A stretch of DNA of 64,000 nt from contig CAWBPM010000004.1 in the NCBI GenBank assembly GCA_963790825.1, positions 158,987 through 222,986 on the forward strand, read 5' to 3'. The translations under genes were made by a program, and so were the position numbers. This stretch comes from Candidatus Levyibacteriota bacterium (GTDB lineage Bacteria > Patescibacteriota > Microgenomatia > Levybacterales > UBA12049). The notes under the pieces are model-generated. The model saw nothing but the letters and a program-made list of their open reading frames with translations, was not told the DNA's origin and did not search any database. Every line of letters starts with the position of its first letter. The first letter of the stretch is position 1. Positions 36,190 to 46,838 of this stretch are shown piece after piece.

Positions 36190-37020
36190 ATGTTTAGTAT
36201 CCTGCAATATTCCTTTATTCAAAATGCGTTTATCGCCTCTACCTTTGTTGCCATTATTGCGGCAATCGTTGGATATTTTTTATTAGTTCGGGGACTTACA
36301 TTTGCGGGACATGCACTGTCTCACATTGGCTTTGCGGGCGCAGCAGGAGCAGTACTTTTAGGTATTGATCCGGTATTTGGCTTATTGGTTTTTACTATAA
36401 TTGCAGGAATCGGTATTGGTATATTTGGAAGGGTTCTAAAGGAAAGAGATGTCGCGATAGGCATTTTTTTGACCATTGCTCTTTCGTTTGGAATTCTTTT
36501 TCTATTTTTATACAAAGGCTATGCAGAGCAAGCATATAGCATTCTTTTTGGTACGATTTTAGGGATTAGCATACAAGATGTTTTTATCACAGCGCTTTTT
36601 AGTATTCTGACATTCTGTATGTTACTTTTTCTGTTTCGCCCACTTCTTTTTGCCTCGTTTGATCCGGAAGTTGCAGAAGCAAGAGGAGTGCCGGTAAGAC
36701 TATTGAGTATATTATTTCTAATCATTGTCGCAATAACAGTTTCCATATCCGTACAGGTTGTTGGTGTTCTTCTTATATTTACTCTTCTTGTCGGTCCGGC
36801 AGCAACCGCAATGCGGATCGTAAAAAATCCCTATCTTGCAATAGAAATTACCATTGTTTTAGGAATTACATATAGCTGGCTTGGGATTTTTATCGCTGCT
36901 CAAACAAACTTGCCGGTAAGTTTTTTCATCGCAACACTTTCCTTTGGTACCTATGTTATTGTTCGTTTAGTAGAACCATTCTTGCAAGGAGTACAAAAAA
37001 ACTATGTTTCAACTTTTTAG
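36190..37020 (+). CDS. znuB: metal ABC transporter permease
   Basis: 8-TM ABC-3 family permease pattern. Confidence 0.75.
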   Translation: MFSILQYSFIQNAFIASTFVAIIAAIVGYFLLVRGLTFAGHALSHIGFAGAAGAVLLGIDPVFGLLVFTIIAGIGIGIFGRVLKERDVAIGIFLTIALSFGILFLFLYKGYAEQAYSILFGTILGISIQDVFITALFSILTFCMLLFLFRPLLFASFDPEVAEARGVPVRLLSILFLIIVAITVSISVQVVGVLLIFTLLVGPAATAMRIVKNPYLAIEITIVLGITYSWLGIFIAAQTNLPVSFFIATLSFGTYVIVRLVEPFLQGVQKNYVSTF

Positions 37021-37840
37021 TCATCAATTTATACAATATGCGTTTATCGCAGGAACACTCATTTCAATAATTTGTGCTATTGTCGGCTATTTTGTAGTCT
37101 TACGCGCACAAGCATTTGCGGCGGAATCACTTTCATGCATTGGATTCACGGGAGCAACAGGCGCGGCGGTATTTGGGCTAAGTTCGTTAGTCGGAACATT
37201 TCTTTTTACCACACTTATTGCCTTAGGATTTGGACTGTTGGGAAAAAGATTAAAAGGCAGAGATATTGAAGTTGGCATGATATTGTCATTTGCTTTGGGA
37301 TTAGGAGTATTATTTCTCAAACTCTATACCAGCAATGCATCTGAAGCGGTTGGAATACTCTTTGGCTCGATTCTAAGCGTTACCACTGGTGATCTTTATT
37401 TATCACTTATTACCGGTATTATTGCACTTTCCCTTCTTGGGATTATATTTAGACCTTTATTATTTTCATCAATTGATCCTGAGGTCGCAGAAGCTCGTGG
37501 AGTACCAATACAGCTATTGGGAATTGTCTTTATGTTACTTCTTGGAGTTACTGTCGCAGAAGCAATTCTCGTAGTCGGCGTGCTCTTGGTATTTGCGCTA
37601 CTTATCGCACCTGCAGCAACTGCACAGCATTTATCGAATGGGCCTATGACATCAATCCTACTATCCGTTGTGCTTGGATTAGCGTTTATGTGGGGGGGAA
37701 TGTTTCTGGGATTATTCTTTCATGTGCCGGTGAGTTTTTTCATTGCAAGCTTAGCATCAATTACTTACCTCGTGACAGTGCCTTTTATCCATATAATCTC
37801 TCCCCATTTTTATAACCAATTACCCGAAGAAGTTGAGTAG
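37004..37840 (+). CDS. metal ABC transporter permease (second paralogue)
   Basis: Paralogous to the previous ORF (FDPEVAEARGVP shared). Confidence 0.7.
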   Translation: MFQLFSHQFIQYAFIAGTLISIICAIVGYFVVLRAQAFAAESLSCIGFTGATGAAVFGLSSLVGTFLFTTLIALGFGLLGKRLKGRDIEVGMILSFALGLGVLFLKLYTSNASEAVGILFGSILSVTTGDLYLSLITGIIALSLLGIIFRPLLFSSIDPEVAEARGVPIQLLGIVFMLLLGVTVAEAILVVGVLLVFALLIAPAATAQHLSNGPMTSILLSVVLGLAFMWGGMFLGLFFHVPVSFFIASLASITYLVTVPFIHIISPHFYNQLPEEVE

Positions 37841-38225
37841 TATAAAGCCTTATTTTCCGTCATAATTTTAAGCTTAAATTAAAGAAACAAGAGAAATAAC
37901 TAATGAAAGGCAAGTAGACTAAACGCAATAATAGCAATAATCATAAGTCCAATAAGGAGAAATAAACCCCAATTTAGACGGATTGGAGCTCTTGTTGCTA
38001 TCGGCAAATCGTTAATTGATTCATCATGCATACTATACTTAGCTATATGTACAGAATATGATAAGAGCGTAATATTTATGTATGAACTATGTAATTATTT
38101 TATCGCTTCTATTTTAGCCTTTACTCTTAAGAAACTGATAATCTGTGCAAAACGATCATTGATTTATTTCTGATTTATTCGTAAACTTGAAGTAGGAGTA
38201 TTTTAATTACTCCAGCTATGTTGGT

Positions 38226-40091
38226 ATGAAAAAAGAGACTGCCCCCAAGAAATTACGAATAAGTGAGAATAAAAAGCAAATAAGACTACTGGGAGTTTTT
38301 TCCCATAATAAAAAAATCTACCTTTATTTTACTTCTTCTTCAGATTCTTCTTCTCAATTTCACGTAGCAATCAGTACGGACGGTTTCTCTTTTGAGCTTA
38401 AAAAACTCAATCTTTTTATAAAGACGGGGACCGTGACTAAAGAAGACATTACAATGTGCCACGATTTCACTATTTCTGAATATGGTGGGTACTTTTTACT
38501 GATGTATGTTCGGGAAGAAAATAAAAAAATAGTTATTGAAAAAGCATGGTCGAAAAATTTACTTTCCTGGACTTATGAAGGGAACATGATTTCACTTAAC
38601 CAAAAAGGGATTCTGGTGCCTGACTATGTGTATGAAAGAAAATCTGTCGTGTATGCTTCCGGCAGCTCAATTACCGCATATTTTTCAAATGATCTGATTC
38701 ATTGGAAGGAAAACAAGAAAAAACTTTTGACTTCGCAGAATAGTGACCCGGATTTAGAAGCTCTTGAACCGGCATTTGTTGTTAACTCGGAAAAAGGTAT
38801 CTTACTTATCTATCAGTCAAGAGCTAAAGACGAAAATGTGGTAGAGATAGCTTTGTTTGACAGAGAAGAGCCAACGCATCTGTTGTGGCATTGCCGGGAG
38901 CCTATTTGGACAATACCCAGGCAATGGCGAGGAAAAAATGTACGTCAAATCGGCACAGTACTGCACAACGGAAATATCATCGGCTATTGGCAGGTAGAAA
39001 ACGAAGGTACATACGCAGTTTCCTATTTGTTGTATAAAATCTCAGATGGTCAAAGCTCAAAAGATATCTCCTTAAAACTTACACGAGTTAAACATAACCC
39101 ACTCATTACTCCCAATCAAAATAACGCGTGGGAAGCGTTTAACACCTTTAATCCCGCGGCAATTTATGACAACGGGAAAGTGCATATTCTTTACCGGGCA
39201 CAGGGATATGATTATATTTCTACAGTTGGATACGCAGCAAGTCGGGACGGGATTCATATCGATGAAAGGCTGGATACACCAGTTTACGTGCCTTCCCGGT
39301 CATTCGAACAATTTGACCGTACAAAACCATTCCAAGCCGCAAAACAATACGTGTCAGGAGGAGGATATGGCGGCTGTGAAGATCCGAGAATTACACGAAT
39401 TGACGACAGGTATTACTTAACCTACGTCGCGTTTGACGGGACGGGTCCTCCCAGAGTTGCGCTTACCTCAATTCTGGTGGATAATTTTTTACACCAAAGA
39501 TGGTTGTGGGAGCGTCCCGTTCTCATTTCTCCGCCCGGGGTGGTTGACAAGAGCGCGGTTATTTTTCCGGAAAAAATAAACGGGAAATATGTAATTATGC
39601 ATAGGATTTATCCCGATATTTTGATTGACTTTGTTCCGGACCTTAATTTCGACGGTACGTATTGGCTTAAAGGAGAGTATAAGATTTCTCCGAGGGTTGA
39701 TAAATGGGATAGTCGGAAAATTAGCGCAGGCGCACCTCCTCTTAAAACAAAATACGGATGGCTTCTTATCTATCATTCGGTCGGTGAACAAGATTCGGGA
39801 CGATATAAAATTGGCGCAATGCTTCTTGATCTTCTGGATCCGACAAAGGTGCTTCATCGCAGTCAATCTCCAATTCTTGAACCCGAGGAAGTTTATGAAA
39901 ACGACGGATTTAAAGCAGGTGTTATTTATCCATGTGGCGCAGTTATAATAGATAAGACGCTTTATGTTTATTACGGTGCAGCAGATTCCTATGTTTGCGT
40001 TGCGACCGCGAACCTGGAAGAATTCCTAAACGAACTTCGCTATTCGGAAGTTGCTCGTCTGGCAACGCCCATTATGGAAAAAATATTTTAA
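38226..40091 (+). CDS. glycoside hydrolase family 130-like (beta-mannoside phosphorylase-like) protein with N-terminal extra domain
   Basis: GCEDPRITRIDDRYYLTY, IFPEKINGKYV, YHSVG, YYGAADSYVCVAT motifs. Confidence 0.6.
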   Translation: MKKETAPKKLRISENKKQIRLLGVFSHNKKIYLYFTSSSDSSSQFHVAISTDGFSFELKKLNLFIKTGTVTKEDITMCHDFTISEYGGYFLLMYVREENKKIVIEKAWSKNLLSWTYEGNMISLNQKGILVPDYVYERKSVVYASGSSITAYFSNDLIHWKENKKKLLTSQNSDPDLEALEPAFVVNSEKGILLIYQSRAKDENVVEIALFDREEPTHLLWHCREPIWTIPRQWRGKNVRQIGTVLHNGNIIGYWQVENEGTYAVSYLLYKISDGQSSKDISLKLTRVKHNPLITPNQNNAWEAFNTFNPAAIYDNGKVHILYRAQGYDYISTVGYAASRDGIHIDERLDTPVYVPSRSFEQFDRTKPFQAAKQYVSGGGYGGCEDPRITRIDDRYYLTYVAFDGTGPPRVALTSILVDNFLHQRWLWERPVLISPPGVVDKSAVIFPEKINGKYVIMHRIYPDILIDFVPDLNFDGTYWLKGEYKISPRVDKWDSRKISAGAPPLKTKYGWLLIYHSVGEQDSGRYKIGAMLLDLLDPTKVLHRSQSPILEPEEVYENDGFKAGVIYPCGAVIIDKTLYVYYGAADSYVCVATANLEEFLNELRYSEVARLATPIMEKIF

Positions 40092-40093
40092 TA

Positions 40094-42040
40094 ATGATTC
40101 AATTTATTAGAAACAGCTCCAATCCGATTTTAAAACCCGATCCGAGTAATTCCTGGGAATCACAAGCGGTATTTAATGGAAGCGTCGTGAAAGATAAAGC
40201 GTACTATCTGTTGTACCGCGCTCTCTCAGTAAGCCAAAACTGGCAAGGAAGACAAATGGCGCTCTCGACAATTGGACGGGCAGAAAGTCTGGACGGTGTC
40301 ATGTTTACCCGCATGGGGCAATTCATAAAGCCTGAAATGGATTGGGAAAAATTCGGCTGCGAAGATCCGAGGATTACAAAGATAGACGACGAATACTTTG
40401 TTTTTTACACTGCGTTATCTGACTATCCGCCTTATCCAGGCGCAATTAAAATCGGTCTTGCCTGCTTTTCTGATTTTGGAAAGCCAATGGAGAAACATTT
40501 AGTGACTCCGTTCAATTCAAAAGCAATGGCACTTTTTCCTAAAAAAATAAACGGAAAATACGCAGTGCTCTTAACTATTAATACCGATATTCCGCCTGCC
40601 AGAATATGCCTGGCACTTTTTGACAAGAAAGAGGACATTTGGTCGCAATTATATTGGAATCAGTGGTACAACAATTGGCGGGAACATATCTTGCCACTGC
40701 AGCGCATAAATTCCGATCAACTGGAAGTAGGAGCCGCTCCTATATACACAGAGTACGGCTGGCTTCTTGTCTATGCGCATATCCAGCATTATAATACTCC
40801 GGAGCATAGAATATTTGGCATAGAAGCTGCACTTTTAGACCTGGAAAACCCGCGAAAGATACTCGCGCGAACGACTCGTTCGATAATGATTCCGGAAGCA
40901 GAATACGAGATAAAAGGCAGTGTGTCAAATGTTGTTTTCCCCTCAAGTGTATTAGTAGAAGGCGACAGGGTATCACTGTATTATGGCGCGGCCGATACGA
41001 CATGTTGTCTGGCCACCTGCAGTTTATCAAACCTTTTACGGGAGATGAGTACAAGTGCCAAGGTTGCGTTAAAAGTGGAAAAACCCTTAACTACACCGCT
41101 TTTTACACCTATTGCTTCCCACGCGTGGGAAGCGAAATCGGTTTTTAATCCGGCAGTAATTTACAATGGAGATTCCATCTCTTTGCTGTACCGGGCAATG
41201 TCCCCTGATAATACGTCTGTTTTAGGATACGCGCAAACAGTTGATGGATTGACAATTACAAAACGGAGCGAGATACCAATCTATGTACCACGTACGGAAT
41301 TTGAAATTAAAAAAAATCCCAATGGGAATTCCGGCTGTGAAGATCCTCGAATTACCCAAATAGGAGATACGCTTTATATGTGCTATACGGCATTTAACGG
41401 AGTAAATCCTCCTAGGGTAGCATTAACATCAATTTCGCTTTCCGATTTTCTTAGTAACAATTTTAATTGGAAAGACCCCATTATTATCTCGCCTCCCGGG
41501 ATTGACGACAAGGACTCGGCAATTTTTCCCGAAAAAATCAAAGGGAAATACGTCATTATTCATAGAATACAAAACTCAATAGTTTTTGATTATGTTGACG
41601 ATTTAAGTTTTTCTGGAGAAAAAAATTGGCTCAGAAGCATAGCCTATATTCCTCCCCGGGGAGACTCGTGGGATAGCGAAAAAATAGGGCTTTGCACACC
41701 TCCTCTGAAAACGGAAAAAGGCTGGATACTTCTCTATCACGGAGTAAGTTCGAAAAGCCAGGAGTACCGAATAGGAGCAATGCTTCTGGATCTGGAAAAC
41801 CCGAGCACTGTTCTTTCCCGTACTCCGTGGCCGATTCTCGAAGCAGAACTGCCTTTTGAGAGGGAAGGCGTTGTCAGAAACGTCGTCTTTCCCTGCGGCT
41901 GGGTAGTAAAAGGCGACATTCTGTTTATCTATTATGGAGGGGCGGATACCGTTGTTTGTGTGGCAACGATCCCATTCTCGTCTTTATTAAATTATTTACT
42001 TGAGGTGAAAAAAAATGTACCGTTTTTAGCGGAAAAGTAA
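40094..42040 (+). CDS. tandem double GH130-domain protein
   Basis: Two full copies of the GCEDPRIT...FPxKI.GKY...YYGxADT motif set. The six-frame ORF starts at 39995 (overlapping the upstream gene), but the first ATG is at 40094. Confidence 0.65.
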   Translation: MIQFIRNSSNPILKPDPSNSWESQAVFNGSVVKDKAYYLLYRALSVSQNWQGRQMALSTIGRAESLDGVMFTRMGQFIKPEMDWEKFGCEDPRITKIDDEYFVFYTALSDYPPYPGAIKIGLACFSDFGKPMEKHLVTPFNSKAMALFPKKINGKYAVLLTINTDIPPARICLALFDKKEDIWSQLYWNQWYNNWREHILPLQRINSDQLEVGAAPIYTEYGWLLVYAHIQHYNTPEHRIFGIEAALLDLENPRKILARTTRSIMIPEAEYEIKGSVSNVVFPSSVLVEGDRVSLYYGAADTTCCLATCSLSNLLREMSTSAKVALKVEKPLTTPLFTPIASHAWEAKSVFNPAVIYNGDSISLLYRAMSPDNTSVLGYAQTVDGLTITKRSEIPIYVPRTEFEIKKNPNGNSGCEDPRITQIGDTLYMCYTAFNGVNPPRVALTSISLSDFLSNNFNWKDPIIISPPGIDDKDSAIFPEKIKGKYVIIHRIQNSIVFDYVDDLSFSGEKNWLRSIAYIPPRGDSWDSEKIGLCTPPLKTEKGWILLYHGVSSKSQEYRIGAMLLDLENPSTVLSRTPWPILEAELPFEREGVVRNVVFPCGWVVKGDILFIYYGGADTVVCVATIPFSSLLNYLLEVKKNVPFLAEK

Positions 42041-42187
42041 CCTTCCCGAAACAGTTCTAAAAATGTTCACCATTTTATCCCAATCGTTCCCTACTGTATC
42101 CTCTTGTTTTACTCTAGTTCAGATTTAGAAAATTCATTCAAAATACACAAAGCTTAAAGACACTTATTAACACCCTTTTTCTTTATC

Positions 42188-42787
42188 TTGACAGGGTGCT
42201 TTAATAATGTAATGATAGGGAAGATGGCAGACGAACCGGTTGAAGCAAGTCCTAATTCAACTCCAAGCAGTGAATACAGGAAAAGACCGCTTTGGCAATG
42301 GGTTGTCATTTACCTCGTCTTAGCAGTAATCCTCTACGCCGGCATATATTACTTCTTCCTTGCAAAAAACGGCAGCTATACAAATCAAAATCAAATATCT
42401 CAAACTACTCCTACCATATCTTCCATGCATCCTACTGCGATGCAGTCAAATACTAATAACGCACCAACAAGCAATATTTATATGACAAAAACAGATCCGA
42501 CCCAGGGAACATATTTGACGGATTTTCAGGGAATGACGCTTTATACGTATGACAAAGATACAAAAGGAATCAGTAATTGTAGCGGAAAATGCCAGGCAGC
42601 TTGGCCGCCATATACTTCTGGCGCAACAGCTGAAAAAACACTACCAACAAATATAACTATTATTACCAGGGATGATGGCTCCAAGCAATTTGCCTGGAAA
42701 GACATGCCGCTTTATTATTTTGCCGGCGACACAAAAGCTGGTCAAGCCAATGGGGTTGGTATTAGCAATTGGCATCTGGCGAAATAA
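42188..42787 (+). CDS. membrane-anchored protein with 'secreted repeat of unknown function' (YxxxD...C..C..WPP) motif
   Basis: TM helix then LTDFQGMTLYTYDKDTKGISNCSGKCQAAWPP; start may be the internal MADEP. Confidence 0.5.
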   Translation: MTGCFNNVMIGKMADEPVEASPNSTPSSEYRKRPLWQWVVIYLVLAVILYAGIYYFFLAKNGSYTNQNQISQTTPTISSMHPTAMQSNTNNAPTSNIYMTKTDPTQGTYLTDFQGMTLYTYDKDTKGISNCSGKCQAAWPPYTSGATAEKTLPTNITIITRDDGSKQFAWKDMPLYYFAGDTKAGQANGVGISNWHLAK

Positions 42788-42837
42788 ATAGCAGTTCTCT
42801 CAATATCTCCCCTCGGTCTTTTGCTATACTTGTCCTG

Positions 42838-43611
42838 ATGAATATTAGAACGTATGGAGATCCGCCTTTTCGGGTAGTTGTTGTGCATGGAGGGCCGGGC
42901 GCACCAGGAGAAATGAAGCCGGTTGCTAAAGAACTATCAAAATCTTTTGGGGTTTTGGAGCCGCTACAGTCTGCAGATACTATAGCAGGACAAATTAAAG
43001 AGCTAAGAGCGCAAATTGAAAGAAATGCAAAACCACCAGTAGATCTTCTTGGTTATTCATGGGGAGCTTGGTTAAGCTACCTGCTGGCTGCAAAATACGC
43101 AAAACTCGTCAAAAAGCTTATTCTTATAAGTAGTGGACCTTTTGAAAAAAATTATGCCGAGAATATAATGGATACAAGGATGAATAGGCTTTCAGTTGAG
43201 GAAAAGAAAAAGGTTCAAATAATATTGAAGGCACTACAAAGCAGGAAAAGCAAGGATGTTGTTTTGAAAGAATTTGGGATGCTTATGCATAAAGCAGATT
43301 CTTTTGATCCGATAAATACTTTTGTCGAGCAAACTGTATTTCAGCCAAAAATTTACGAAAAAATTTGGGGCAAAGCAAATGATTTAAGAAGCAGCGGTAA
43401 ATTATTAGAAATGGGGAAGAATATTGAATGTCCGGTAATTGCAATACATGGGGATTACGATCCTCATCCTGCGGAAGGAGTCAGGGAACCGCTTTCACGT
43501 AGCCTGAGAAACTTCCGTTTTATTCCACTTAAATACTGTGGACATACACCGTGGAAAGAGAAAAAAGCAAAAGAAAAATTTTACGAGATAGTTAAATCAG
43601 AGATTATATAG
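42838..43611 (+). CDS. alpha/beta hydrolase
   Basis: VVVHGGPGAPGE, GYSWGAW nucleophile elbow. Confidence 0.55.
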   Translation: MNIRTYGDPPFRVVVVHGGPGAPGEMKPVAKELSKSFGVLEPLQSADTIAGQIKELRAQIERNAKPPVDLLGYSWGAWLSYLLAAKYAKLVKKLILISSGPFEKNYAENIMDTRMNRLSVEEKKKVQIILKALQSRKSKDVVLKEFGMLMHKADSFDPINTFVEQTVFQPKIYEKIWGKANDLRSSGKLLEMGKNIECPVIAIHGDYDPHPAEGVREPLSRSLRNFRFIPLKYCGHTPWKEKKAKEKFYEIVKSEII

Positions 43612-43709
43612 CTATTATTATAAAAGAGTTTTTCCTCTTGACGAAGTCTTTGCGGTAAGGTATTCTCATTAGTGAAGTGCTGCCTTTATGGCGGCATTTT
43701 TAGAAAAAA

Positions 43710-44723
43710 ATGGCAAAAGAACTATTTGTACCACAGCAGAACTTTTCTTACGGCCTCCGGGAGGTGCCTTTTCCGGGTCTTGGAGACCCGACACAAGGAA
43801 AGGTGCGGGACAGCTATAGAGTTCTGCTTCCCGACAAAGCAGTGCGGGTTATGATAACGACAGATAGAGCGTCTGCATATGATGCGGTTGTCTGTACTAT
43901 TCCGCAAAAAGGAGCAGTATTAAATGAATTATCTGCTTGGTGGAACGAGCAAACAAAGGATATTGTACCCAATCACTTAATTTCTGTACCCCACCCAAAT
44001 GTATCAATAGTAAGAGAAGTTACCGATCGTTTACCGATTGAAACAGTAGTGAGAGGATATATGGCCAAAAGCAAAACATCTACGTCCTTATATCATAATT
44101 ATGCGGACCTGGGAGAGCGACTGATTTATGGACACAAATTTCCTGATGGTTTGCATGCTAACCAAAAACTTGATGAGCCAATCCTTACTCCGACGACTAA
44201 AGCTGAAACCGGCCATGACCAGATGCTAACTAAAGCATCGGCTCAGGGAATTGTTGATGAAAGGTTCGGCAAAGGAGTTTGGAAAAAGGCTGAGTCCACA
44301 GCACTTAATCTCTATCGCAGAATGGCTGAGGTAAGCTTAGATAATGGTCTTATTCTGGCAGACACCAAATATGAGATGGGACTAATTGATGGAGAGCTTA
44401 TTTTGATTGACGAAGCAGGAACACCCGATTCCTCAAGATTCTGGAGAGGGACTACCTATGAAGAAAGATTTCAAGCAGGAGAAAACCCTGAGGGTTTTGA
44501 TAAAGAAATTCTCAGACGCTTTTTGGCAGAACACGGATTTACCAATAAGACAGGCGAAAAAGTGCCCGTTGTTCCTGAGGCAATTGTTTTTCAAATGAGG
44601 GATGCCTACGCTGTTCCATATCGGATGTTGACCAAAAAGGAATCGCCCCAAGCAGAAAATAATCCTAATAATTTACGAGAGGCGACAATGTTTGGCTTAC
44701 AATATTTAGGTTATAAAGGATAA
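43710..44723 (+). CDS. purC: phosphoribosylaminoimidazole-succinocarboxamide synthase
   Basis: GKVRDSY, LADTKYEMG, DSSRFW motifs. Confidence 0.85.
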   Translation: MAKELFVPQQNFSYGLREVPFPGLGDPTQGKVRDSYRVLLPDKAVRVMITTDRASAYDAVVCTIPQKGAVLNELSAWWNEQTKDIVPNHLISVPHPNVSIVREVTDRLPIETVVRGYMAKSKTSTSLYHNYADLGERLIYGHKFPDGLHANQKLDEPILTPTTKAETGHDQMLTKASAQGIVDERFGKGVWKKAESTALNLYRRMAEVSLDNGLILADTKYEMGLIDGELILIDEAGTPDSSRFWRGTTYEERFQAGENPEGFDKEILRRFLAEHGFTNKTGEKVPVVPEAIVFQMRDAYAVPYRMLTKKESPQAENNPNNLREATMFGLQYLGYKG

Positions 44724-45475
44724 TGATGGCAAAAGAAAGATTAAGAATAGGAATATTAGCCTCAGGTAGCGAAGCGACAACCGCAGCAGCAATAATCACA
44801 GCGATTCATAATGGAAGAATTAAAGATGTTGATATAGGCGCAGTAGGATTTAGTAATGAAAATGATACACGGAAGAAAAAATTCATTGATCTGGATGTTC
44901 CGGAACGTTTAATTTTTACTGTTAATCCCGATGATTACCGTGGAGGAGATAAAAAAGTAGATCAAGATGGTTTTGGAAAAGAACTTTTGCAAAATTTAGA
45001 AGATCGAGGAGTAAATTTTGTTACGCAAAATGGATGGTTACCGTATACGCCTGATATTGTAGTCGAGAAGTATCGTGGAGCAATATTTAATCAGCATCCA
45101 GGTCCTGTACCGGAATTTGGTGGTAAAGGTATGTATGGCAAAAGAGTTCATGCGGCAAGATTGTATCTTGTAAGACTTACCAACAGAGATTGGTGGACAG
45201 AAGCAATCGTGCAGGAAGTGCGTACTGGTGAAAATTATGATCAGGGTAGTGTTATAAAATCGGAAAAAGTAGGTATATTGCTGAATGATACAGTTGAAAG
45301 TCTGGCCGATCATGTTCTTCCGGTTGAGCATGGTATTCAAATTGCTATGATAAATGATTTTGTTCAGGGAAACATTAAAAGAGTTCCTCCACGTGTTCCT
45401 TTAGTTAAACCCGGAGAGGAAGAAGATTTATTGTTTGTAAAAAATAGGGCAAAAAGATTATATCCGAATGGATAA
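44723..45475 (+). CDS. purN: phosphoribosylglycinamide formyltransferase-like
   Basis: RIGILASGSEATTAAAII...AVGFSN and IFNQHPGPVPEFGG correspond to PurN N-terminus and NxHPSLLP motif; ATGA overlap with purC. Confidence 0.65.
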   Translation: MMAKERLRIGILASGSEATTAAAIITAIHNGRIKDVDIGAVGFSNENDTRKKKFIDLDVPERLIFTVNPDDYRGGDKKVDQDGFGKELLQNLEDRGVNFVTQNGWLPYTPDIVVEKYRGAIFNQHPGPVPEFGGKGMYGKRVHAARLYLVRLTNRDWWTEAIVQEVRTGENYDQGSVIKSEKVGILLNDTVESLADHVLPVEHGIQIAMINDFVQGNIKRVPPRVPLVKPGEEEDLLFVKNRAKRLYPNG

Positions 45476-45481
45476 ATATTT

Positions 45482-46834
45482 ATGAAAGAACAAGGAAATA
45501 CGGTTTTGGTGGTGGACGGGGGCGGACGCGGGGCTGCTTTGGTGGACAAATATGCGCAAAGTCCTCACGTTGAACGAATTATTGCAGTACCGGGAAATGA
45601 TTTAATGAGAATTAATACAGACAAGCCTGTTGAGATTTTCCCCCAATTAAAAACCACCAGTGTTCGGGAAATTGTAGACATGTGCAGAGACAGAAAGGTT
45701 AGTTTAGCAGATGTGGCCCAAGATAATGCGGTTGAGGCAGGCTTAGTTGACGCGCTTACAAGAAGAGGTATTCCTGTTGTCGGGCCGACCAGAAAAGCAG
45801 GGCAGATTGAATGGGATAAAGCATGGGCGAGAAGATTTGGGCAAAGACATGGTTTACCCCAACCTACGTTTAAGGTTTGCCACACAGAGCAAGCTGGACG
45901 TATGTATATTGAGTCCCAACCGGACCAGCCATGGTTTATTAAAACCTCAGGACTTGCAGAGGGAAAAGGTGCGCTGCCGGCTAGAAATAATAAGGAAGCC
46001 TCAGAAAGATTAAAAGAAATGGAGCATTTCAAAGATGCAGGAAAGATATTTCTACTAGAAGAGTGGTTAAGTGGTGACGATGGCTCTCCTGGAGAAGAAT
46101 TCTCAACTTATGTTTTTAGTGACGGTAGAAATTATAAAGTAATCGGCAGTGCGCAAGATCATAAAAGAGTAAATAATTTTGACGAAGGAGAAAACACAGG
46201 TGGCATGGGATGCAGTACTCCACCTCTCGTTTTAACACCCGAGTTTATGAAGGACGTTGAAACAGAAGTCTTAGATAAAACGATTAACGGACTATATTCA
46301 GAAGGTCGTCCTTATAAGGGAGTTTTGTATTTAGGCGGAATGGCAATACAAAAAAACGGCAGATTGTCCCCGTCCGTTATAGAATTCAATGCTCGTTGGG
46401 GCGATCCGGAGGCGCAAGTTATTTTACCCGGACTCACAAATGACCTGTTCGAAGTAGGCATGGCAATTGCCCAGGGAGACATCAGTGGTCTTCAAATTAG
46501 AACGGATAATAAAGCGCGAGTGGTCGTGACAGGCGCAGCAAAAGGTTATCCGGGTAATTACCAAGAAGTGAAAGGAAAAGAAATTTACGGATTGGATGAA
46601 GCCAGAAAAATGAATGGAGTAAGACTTTACGGTGCAGGAATAAGAGTTGAAGACGGCAGATATTATGCTAACGGCGGAAGATTATTTTATATCGTTGGTG
46701 AAGACGAAAATGTGATAGATGCCAGGCAAAAAGCGTACGGAGCAATGGCAGCCGTGAGTATAGATGGTAATAATTTACATTTCAGAACAGATATTGGCTG
46801 GAGAGATGTAGAGCGACTTAGACAAGGGAAATAA
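45482..46834 (+). CDS. purD: phosphoribosylamine-glycine ligase
   Basis: VLVVDGGGRGAALV...ATP-grasp pattern. Confidence 0.85.
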   Translation: MKEQGNTVLVVDGGGRGAALVDKYAQSPHVERIIAVPGNDLMRINTDKPVEIFPQLKTTSVREIVDMCRDRKVSLADVAQDNAVEAGLVDALTRRGIPVVGPTRKAGQIEWDKAWARRFGQRHGLPQPTFKVCHTEQAGRMYIESQPDQPWFIKTSGLAEGKGALPARNNKEASERLKEMEHFKDAGKIFLLEEWLSGDDGSPGEEFSTYVFSDGRNYKVIGSAQDHKRVNNFDEGENTGGMGCSTPPLVLTPEFMKDVETEVLDKTINGLYSEGRPYKGVLYLGGMAIQKNGRLSPSVIEFNARWGDPEAQVILPGLTNDLFEVGMAIAQGDISGLQIRTDNKARVVVTGAAKGYPGNYQEVKGKEIYGLDEARKMNGVRLYGAGIRVEDGRYYANGGRLFYIVGEDENVIDARQKAYGAMAAVSIDGNNLHFRTDIGWRDVERLRQGK

Positions 46835-46838
46835 TTTT

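Noticed and set aside
43672-43907. Small ORFs overlapping the purC start on both strands
   Set aside because: purC has strong motifs (GKVRDSY...) in frame; these are out-of-frame overlaps
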